Source: a bacterium (GTDB taxonomy: Bacteria > UBA10199 > 2-02-FULL-44-16 > JAAZCA01). Taken from it: a stretch of 64,000 bases of DNA. The stretch covers positions 1,897-65,896 of the forward strand of contig JAJZQH010000003.1 in assembly GCA_021810905.1 (NCBI GenBank). The letters are read 5' to 3'. Below are positions 59,001 to 64,000 of this stretch, one piece after another (positions within the stretch are counted from its first letter, which is position 1; every line of letters starts with the position of its first letter). The notes below the pieces were generated by a model. It did no database searches and had not been told where the DNA came from. It saw only the letters and a program-made list of their open reading frames with translations. Position numbers and translations under genes: made by a program.

Positions 59001-59245
59001 CGTATCGCGCGCACCTTCGGCGTGCCGAGCATTGCGGTGACGATCGGATAAGTGACCTGATCTTCGATGATGTCTGGGCTTCGATCCCACCGCGAATAGA
59101 TGATGACCTGCGTATCTGAGAGATCCGGGATCGCATCGAGCGGCACGTTCTTGAGACACCATACCGCGGCAGCTATGGCAGCCGCGGCAAGCATCAGCAC
59201 GACGACCTTGTTCTTCGTCGACGCCTCTATGATGCGTTCAATCAT
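56003..59245 (-). CDS. cusA: Heavy-metal efflux RND transporter, CusA/CzcA (HME) family
   Basis: 1080 aa. 12-TM RND architecture with two large periplasmic loops. HME-family conserved blocks. Confidence 0.9.
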   Translation of the reverse strand: MIERIIEASTKNKVVVLMLAAAAIAAAVWCLKNVPLDAIPDLSDTQVIIYSRWDRSPDIIEDQVTYPIVTAMLGTPKVRAIRGFSDFGFSYVYIIFEDGTDIYWARSRALEYLSKITPRLPEGVTTELGPDATSLGWVFQYALVDESGQNDLAGLRSYQDWYLRYYLQSVPGVAEVATVGGFVRQYQVGVDPNKLAAYKIPIGQVVEAIRRNNNDVGGRLVEFSGREYMVRGRGYAKSVEDIRNIAVGADPIAGTPVTIGQIGNVELGPDIRRGVADLDGRGDAVGGIVIMRQGENALRVIDRVKEKLKEIEPSLPKGVTLVTTYDRSDLILRSISTLTDTLIEEMIIVSIVILIFLWHIPSAVVPIFTIPLSVLLAFIPFYFMGLTANIMSLAGIAISIGVLVDGAIVEVENAYKKLQQWKDGGRKGDFHQVRLDALKQVGPSVFFSLLVIAVAFLPIFTLVDQEGRLFKPLAYSKTFAMAIAALLAVTLDPVMRMLFTRMDFRNFKPAWLSWIYNRVFVGSYYAEEKHPVSKRLFRVYEPACRLVLKHPKRTIVIAGVLLLTAIPPFVMMGSEFMPPLNEGTILYMPTTLPGISVTEAQNLLQQQDRILKSFPEVERVFGKAGRAETSTDPAPFSMMETTVVLKPMDEWRGKKRWYSWMPDIMKAPLRHIWNDRLSWDELVAEMDKAMQFPGVSNAWTMPIRARIDMLSTGIRTPIGIKILGNDTKEIEKIGSRLETILKGVPGTRSVFAERAAGGYFLDFDLKRDELARLGISVADAEETILSAIGGENVSTTVEGRERYPINVRYSRELRDDMSALSRVLVAAPDGAQVPIAALADIRLVQGPSMLRNENGMLSGYVYVDLAGRDVGSFVSDAKKAVNANLELPSGYALAWSGQYENMLHVREKLKVVLPLALFIIIVLLYLNTKSGIKAAIVLLAVPFSAIGAIWLLYILGYHMSIAVWVGLIALMGLDAETGIFMLLYLDIAHEDARKNGMLKDISDLKESIVHGAVKRIRPKMMTVMAAFMGLIPIMWSIGTGADMMKRIAAPMVGGLVTSFAMELLVYPAIYLLWKKREFRG

Positions 59246-60368
59246 GCTTGTGTCCGCCCGTCGTTGCGCCAGCGGCCGCGGATAGCTTTGATTCCGAATC
59301 TATGAGAAACAGCGCCGAGGTGGCGACTGTCTCTCCATCTTTCAGTCCTGACTTCACGACAAAGCTCTCCTTGAGTTCCGGACCCAACTGCACGTCGCGC
59401 GGCACAAAATGCAGCCCCTCGTGCACGACGAAGACCAGTTTTCTTGTCCCGGAATCGATGACCGCTGATTTGGGCACGAGCAACTGCTGACCCAGGTCGT
59501 CATTCAGAAAAGCGGTGACGAACATGTTGGGCTTGAGCATCGCATTCGAATTATCGATTTCGATCCTCGCGCGAACCGTGCGAGTCGCGGGATCCAGCAC
59601 CGGATCGATCGCGCGGATTGTGCCGGTTCCGACGGGCTTGCCGTCCGGCAGCTCTATCGCCGCGCTCTGCCCTGCCTTGACATACGGCAGTTCGCGTTCG
59701 TAGATCGACGCGTAGATCCACGCCTTCTTTCCAGGCAGCACGAGGTTTTCGTCCGGCTTGCCGCGCGCGGAAAGAGCGCCGATCGCATCCGCGCTCATGC
59801 CCATGAGCGCGAGCCTGCGTTTTGCGGCCTGCACGAGGTCTTTGTCGCCGAGACGGCGCGCCTCGATGAGCTCGCGCTGGGCAACTTCCAGATCCGGATC
59901 AAACGCCACGCGGCCCACCGCGCGGATCGCGGCCACTGCAGGGCCCGTGACAACAGGCTCCGTCTTCACTCCGATGAGCTGCTGCCGCGCGCTGTCGATC
60001 ATCACGGTAGCGCGCGCATCCCCGCCCTTTTCAGGGTGAGGCGCCTGCTCCGGCATCTGCATGCCGGGCATCTGCATCGACGTCGGACCACCCGCCCCCG
60101 CGCCCTGCGGGGATTCCTGCTTCGGTTTCTCTTTCACGGGAACGAGGTCCATGCCGCAGATCGGGCACTTGCCCGGCCTGTCGGATATGTATGAGGGATG
60201 CATGGGACAAGTATAAAGTTGCTTCGCCTCCTGCCCTCCGCCTGCGCCGCCGTGACCGTGGCAGGAAGACATGCAGAGAGCAGCAGAGCCGGCCGCCGCG
60301 GCCATGAATGCGATGACTGCAACCGCCGTGACGAAACCTCGCAATGGCGAAGCGTTTGTATTGTTCAT
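59238..60368 (-). CDS. cusB: RND efflux periplasmic adaptor (CusB-like) with N-terminal heavy-metal-binding domain
   Basis: YTCPMHPSYISDRPGKCPICGMDLVP motif. Met-rich MQMPGMQMPE. Membrane-fusion-protein beta-barrel/lipoyl regions. Confidence 0.85.
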   Translation of the reverse strand: MNNTNASPLRGFVTAVAVIAFMAAAAGSAALCMSSCHGHGGAGGGQEAKQLYTCPMHPSYISDRPGKCPICGMDLVPVKEKPKQESPQGAGAGGPTSMQMPGMQMPEQAPHPEKGGDARATVMIDSARQQLIGVKTEPVVTGPAVAAIRAVGRVAFDPDLEVAQRELIEARRLGDKDLVQAAKRRLALMGMSADAIGALSARGKPDENLVLPGKKAWIYASIYERELPYVKAGQSAAIELPDGKPVGTGTIRAIDPVLDPATRTVRARIEIDNSNAMLKPNMFVTAFLNDDLGQQLLVPKSAVIDSGTRKLVFVVHEGLHFVPRDVQLGPELKESFVVKSGLKDGETVATSALFLIDSESKLSAAAGATTGGHKHD

Positions 60369-61657
60369 TTTTCATCCTCCTTCAGAGGCGCGCCGACCGC
60401 GCGTTCGAGGTCGGCAAACGCCTGGGCCGCATCCACTCTAGCCCTTACGTACATGAGCTGCGCGTTGGAGAGGCTGCGGATCGCGTCGACGACGCCCAGA
60501 AAATCGCCGTTGCCGGACGCGTACGCCTCGCGCGAAGAGGCGAGCAACACCCGCGCGCGCGGCAGCACGGTGGCGCCGTAGATCCTCGCCGTCTTCTGCG
60601 CTGCGTTGATGCGCGCATACGCGATCTTCACGTCCGATTCAGCCTTTAACACCGCCGAATCCTTGAGCGACTGCGCGCGTTCCAGCATCGCCTTTGATTC
60701 CTTCACTCCAAATCGCTGTTTGGAGAACGACCATAGAGGCACGGTGATGCCGGCTCGGCCATACCATGCATTCAGCACGCCGGCCGGATTGTCCATGTAA
60801 CCGAGCCGCAGCGTGAGGTCAGGGCCGTACTGGGATTTGGCGAAAGAGAGCTTCGCCCGCTGGGAAAGTATCTCGCTATCCGCTTCAGCGACCTCGGGCC
60901 TCTGCTCCCTCGCCTTTGCGACGAGCTTCTCCACGCCCGCCACATCAGGCGGAGGTGGAGGCTCCGCGAGCTTCACTGAAGGATCGAGAGGTTTTGCCAT
61001 GAGCTTCGAGAGCTCCGCGATAGCGGCGAGGCGATCCTGTTCGATGATCGCGATCTTTCCTTCGATGTCGCCCAGCTCCACGGATGCGCGGACTGGCTCC
61101 GAGACAGGGCCCTTCAAATTTGCATAGGATTCTTCAGCCGAGCCCTTGCCCTGATGGAAGATCGCAAAGGCCTCGTGCTCGATCCTCTCCTCCTCGGAGA
61201 GGCGCCACAGATCCAGGTATGCGCGCTTTACCTGGCGCACGAGTTCCTGCGCCGCGGTCTCCTTGCGCGAGAACGCCGCGTCGGCCGCGCGCTTCTCAGC
61301 CTTGTAGCCGTAGACGAGCTTGGCTGGGAACGGGATCTGTTGCTCACCCATGTACTGTATGGTGCCCTGGGTCACGTCCGCCGTGTTGATCGGCACGCCG
61401 ATGAAATCGACCATGAACTCCGGGTCAGGCGGGCTCGCAGCCTGCGGCGGGCGCGCGCGCGCGGCATCCAGCTCATGCCCCGCGGAGGCGAGGTCCGGAT
61501 TCTCCGCAAGCGCCGCGGCGATAGCGCTGTCCATCGTGAGCGTCTCATCGACGCGGGCCGCACCGCCAGAGGCGGCAGCAAAAGCGAGCGCCATCAACAC
61601 GGCCACGGCTGATGAAACGAGTCTCATCGACAAAAGAGCCTTTCGCGAGGGTGACAA
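60365..61657 (-). CDS. cusC: Outer-membrane efflux protein (TolC/CusC family)
   Basis: Signal peptide. Two TolC-like repeats. Overlaps cusB start by 4 nt. Confidence 0.8.
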   Translation of the reverse strand: MSPSRKALLSMRLVSSAVAVLMALAFAAASGGAARVDETLTMDSAIAAALAENPDLASAGHELDAARARPPQAASPPDPEFMVDFIGVPINTADVTQGTIQYMGEQQIPFPAKLVYGYKAEKRAADAAFSRKETAAQELVRQVKRAYLDLWRLSEEERIEHEAFAIFHQGKGSAEESYANLKGPVSEPVRASVELGDIEGKIAIIEQDRLAAIAELSKLMAKPLDPSVKLAEPPPPPDVAGVEKLVAKAREQRPEVAEADSEILSQRAKLSFAKSQYGPDLTLRLGYMDNPAGVLNAWYGRAGITVPLWSFSKQRFGVKESKAMLERAQSLKDSAVLKAESDVKIAYARINAAQKTARIYGATVLPRARVLLASSREAYASGNGDFLGVVDAIRSLSNAQLMYVRARVDAAQAFADLERAVGAPLKEDEK

Positions 61658-61833
61658 TAAGTGAATTTATAATTTTTTTTGACCGAAATGTCATTATCGA
61701 ACAATTAAACAGCCCCAATCCCGCAAGACTCGTTCCATCGCTCCTTACGAGGCTACGGCAATAGATTGTAGCTGGTGAATGGTGCTGCGAAACGCAGCAG
61801 CGGTGCATGTGCTTGAGCGTACTCTCATATTCG

Positions 61834-62283
61834 TCACCAGAATTCTGGCTTATGAAACGGGCCGTGACGGTCCTCCAAGTTTGGTGAAAACTGAGAGACC
61901 TGAAGAACGCCTTGTCTGATCTTTTTATAAAACGTCGCATACGCGAGAAGTGTTCGGCTCGGGTGTCTATGAGGATTCAGTACGCCGACTCGTTTTCCGA
62001 GCTCCTTTGTCGTGATCCTTATGACCTCGGCAAGATCGGAATCGTTTGAGACGATGACAGCCGTATCGAATCTGTCCTTGTACGCATCGTTGAGCATGTG
62101 AACGGCAAGATTTACATCCGAACCTTTTTCCTCGGTTCGGATGACGCGGACGTATTTCGTTTTACCGCACTCCTTTTCCGCCAGCGGCATCATAACGGGA
62201 TGCGAAAGAAAGTGACCCAATATGATGGAAAGTTGAACCCGTCGATATAGACGCTTGTCCTGCACGGGGATTTGATAAAGCAA
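61834..62283 (-). CDS. NYN/LabA-like nuclease domain protein, apparently N-terminally truncated fragment
   Basis: KGSDVNLAVHMLNDAYKDRFDTAVIVSNDSDLAEVIRI matches the central/C-terminal NYN (PIN-like) block. The canonical N-terminal VFIDxxN strand is absent. Confidence 0.45.
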   Translation of the reverse strand: MLYQIPVQDKRLYRRVQLSIILGHFLSHPVMMPLAEKECGKTKYVRVIRTEEKGSDVNLAVHMLNDAYKDRFDTAVIVSNDSDLAEVIRITTKELGKRVGVLNPHRHPSRTLLAYATFYKKIRQGVLQVSQFSPNLEDRHGPFHKPEFW

Positions 62284-63179
62284 AGGCCGCTTGGAGCGGC
62301 CTCGCGCCCTGCGCCGAAGCGACAGGGGTGGTATCTGAAATTATGATAGCCTTGAGTCCTTCCATTGTCCATGCGGAATTTCTTTTGCATCGAATCTCTC
62401 TCGGCTGTCTGTCGATTCAATTAACAGCAAGGCGCGTGCCAGATACGCGCTGATTGCAACTCCTTGAAAGTCAGCTGATTTATTTTTCGATATTCGGATC
62501 GACTGCAGTGAAACGCAGCAGCACTGCACGAAAACTGGGCAGTTGATCAAACTGGTCGCAATTTGCGACCGGTAGGTTCCCCGCCCTATACAAGCCCCCC
62601 CCCCGCTTGCCTATGGAGTCATTTTTATCCATATTTTTCAATCATATAGCCCGGATTTTCCCTTGTCGCGCTCCTTATAATTATGCTACTTTACCGCAAC
62701 TTGTTCATCCTATCATTATAATGGGGGCACGCAGCATCATTCTCCCCCTTTATAAGGGGGAGTTAGAGGGGGTAGATCCGAGTGAATACAGGGTGCACAG
62801 CGGTGCTCCTCGCGCGAAGCTGGGTGCGGCGGACTCCGTGCTCCGGCAAGTTGCTGCGGAAACGATTTCAGCTCTTCCCTCGTCGCTGGCGCACTTCGCT
62901 CGCTACTCGTCGCCAAAAAGCCGTTGGCGTCATTCGCGACTTGGAGATCCTCCTCTGTCGGCTTCCAAGTCGCGACGCCAATCGGCTTTTTAGCTCCTCA
63001 TACGCTCGTCTCGTAAACGCGCCTTTTACGCTCCTCCGGGAAGAGCTGAAATCGTCCCCGCAGCACATGAACTTCGCACACGGGCCGCACGAACGTAGCG
63101 TTCCGAGTAGAGGCACGCGGCGTGTTGTGCAAGGTTGTTCGCCTTGTAGGTATAAAGAAAGACTTGCCTTGGAGGCAAT

Positions 63180-63572
63180 ATGTCTGAATGGCAACAACAA
63201 TTAATCGCAGACACATTTCAAAATTATCAAAATATGCTAATGCAAATATCACTCTTGCTTGTAACTGGCGGTGTCATCTTACTTTTGACTAAAGAATATA
63301 CAAAAAACTGGAAAATTTTAGGCGTCCTTGGAGTTGCGGTTGCCGTCTTCGGTATCGTCATCAATCATCATATTTATTCACTAATAATTGAGAGGTTAAA
63401 GGTCATCGCGGATAACAAAGGCAGCATTCTATTAGAAACACAACCAAACCAATGTCTGAGCCTTGGCGGCTGGTACGTTTTTCAAATTATTTGTAATAGC
63501 ATTGCCGCAATTATTTTATTCATCATTTTGTTAACGGCAAAGATTGATAGAATCGCCGCCCAAAAGAGGTAA
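63180..63572 (+). CDS. Small membrane protein, low-GC (island gene)
   Basis: 130 aa, three hydrophobic helices. AT-rich codon usage distinct from the rest of the window. AGGCAAT-ATG context. Confidence 0.4.
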   Translation: MSEWQQQLIADTFQNYQNMLMQISLLLVTGGVILLLTKEYTKNWKILGVLGVAVAVFGIVINHHIYSLIIERLKVIADNKGSILLETQPNQCLSLGGWYVFQIICNSIAAIILFIILLTAKIDRIAAQKR

Positions 63573-63574
63573 GT

Positions 63575-64000
63575 ATGGTCAGCCGGATTATTTATATCTG
63601 TGCATTCATTTCATTGGTGGCGCTTACTCTCCAAGCTAGTGAGAAGAATTTTTCAAGTAATTCATTTTTATCTGGAGGCTGGACGCAGCTAGACGGTGCC
63701 AGGGTTGGATTTGATGACATCGTTTCGTTAAAAGACATGCAATTCATTCATTCTGACCGAGAGAGTGTCTCATTGGCGAGTACAAATGCAGGCGCGAAAA
63801 TGAAAAAAGTTGAGATAAAAAATAATTTTGACGGAATATTGACATTCTTCAATTTTTTTATACCTGATGATAGCAAAACGGTGAGAATCTTATTTAGCGA
63901 TACTTGGCCCCTCGCAGATATTTATGTGGATGACCACGGCCCTTTTGGAGGTACTAGTAAAAGCGGTATTGGTTTTATTCACGAGCAGTTTGAGTTAGGA
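63575..64000 (+). CDS. Secreted hypothetical protein, 5' partial view (runs off window end)
   Basis: ATG 63575 3 nt after previous stop. Signal peptide MVSRIIYICAFISLVALTLQA. Open to end of window. Not in ORF track because no stop inside window. Confidence 0.4.
   Translation, partial: MVSRIIYICAFISLVALTLQASEKNFSSNSFLSGGWTQLDGARVGFDDIVSLKDMQFIHSDRESVSLASTNAGAKMKKVEIKNNFDGILTFFNFFIPDDSKTVRILFSDTWPLADIYVDDHGPFGGTSKSGIGFIHEQFELG

Noticed and set aside
62280-62600. Looked for a tRNA or tmRNA marking the island boundary
   Set aside because: No cloverleaf-compatible sequence or GGTTCGA(A/T)TCC T-loop motif found. Boundary marker not identified in-window.

Overview
GC-rich bacterial chromosomal window (about 60-65% GC), except for an AT-rich island after about 61.7 kb. 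The ORF track omits genes that run off either edge; both a large reverse-strand NRPS and a forward-strand ORF at the 3' end were recovered by manual translation.

Layout, left to right:
- (i) 1-11.9 kb: a reverse-strand candidate biosynthetic cluster. It comprises a LysE exporter, hypE and hypF, a B12-type radical SAM enzyme, an isochorismatase-family hydrolase, an agmatinase-family ureohydrolase, and a multi-module NRPS that runs off the window start.
- (ii) 12-23.4 kb: mixed genes. These are a beta-lactamase-like lipoprotein, a frameshifted nicotinate phosphoribosyltransferase (pncB), a hemerythrin-like protein, DUF1343, FKBP, a Cys-rich lipoprotein, an ATP-grasp-like protein, an 877-aa sigma-70 fusion carrying five N-terminal tandem repeats, and a hypothetical CDS (21883..23010) that reads through an inverted MITE copy.
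- (iii) 23.7-33.2 kb: kdpABC plus a kinase-less KdpD, flanked by two inverted, diverged radical-SAM-like paralogs.
- (iv) 33.3-40.4 kb: thioredoxin-fold protein, lipoprotein, ABC-F ATPase, phosphoglucomutase and a rare bacterial thaumatin-like lipoprotein.
- (v) 40.5-52.3 kb: a Pho regulon block. Its genes are phoU, two tandem pstB, pstA, pstC, pstS, a porin O/P, phoA, a large hypothetical protein, and divergent phoB-phoR.
- (vi) 52.6-55.7 kb: a second Cys-rich lipoprotein paralog, a zinc-ribbon protein and a hypothetical protein.
- (vii) 56-61.7 kb: cusCBA-type heavy-metal RND efflux.
- (viii) 61.7-64 kb: an AT-rich, probably foreign island with an NYN-domain fragment, hairpin direct repeats, a C10 tract and low-GC ORFs.

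A roughly 130-bp MITE-like element with three stem-loops occurs in four copies (one inverted) plus one variant. The most novel feature is the operonic association of a complete HypE/HypF cyanide-ligand synthesis pair with an NRPS, a B12 radical SAM enzyme and an ureohydrolase, with no hydrogenase or hypCD in the window.
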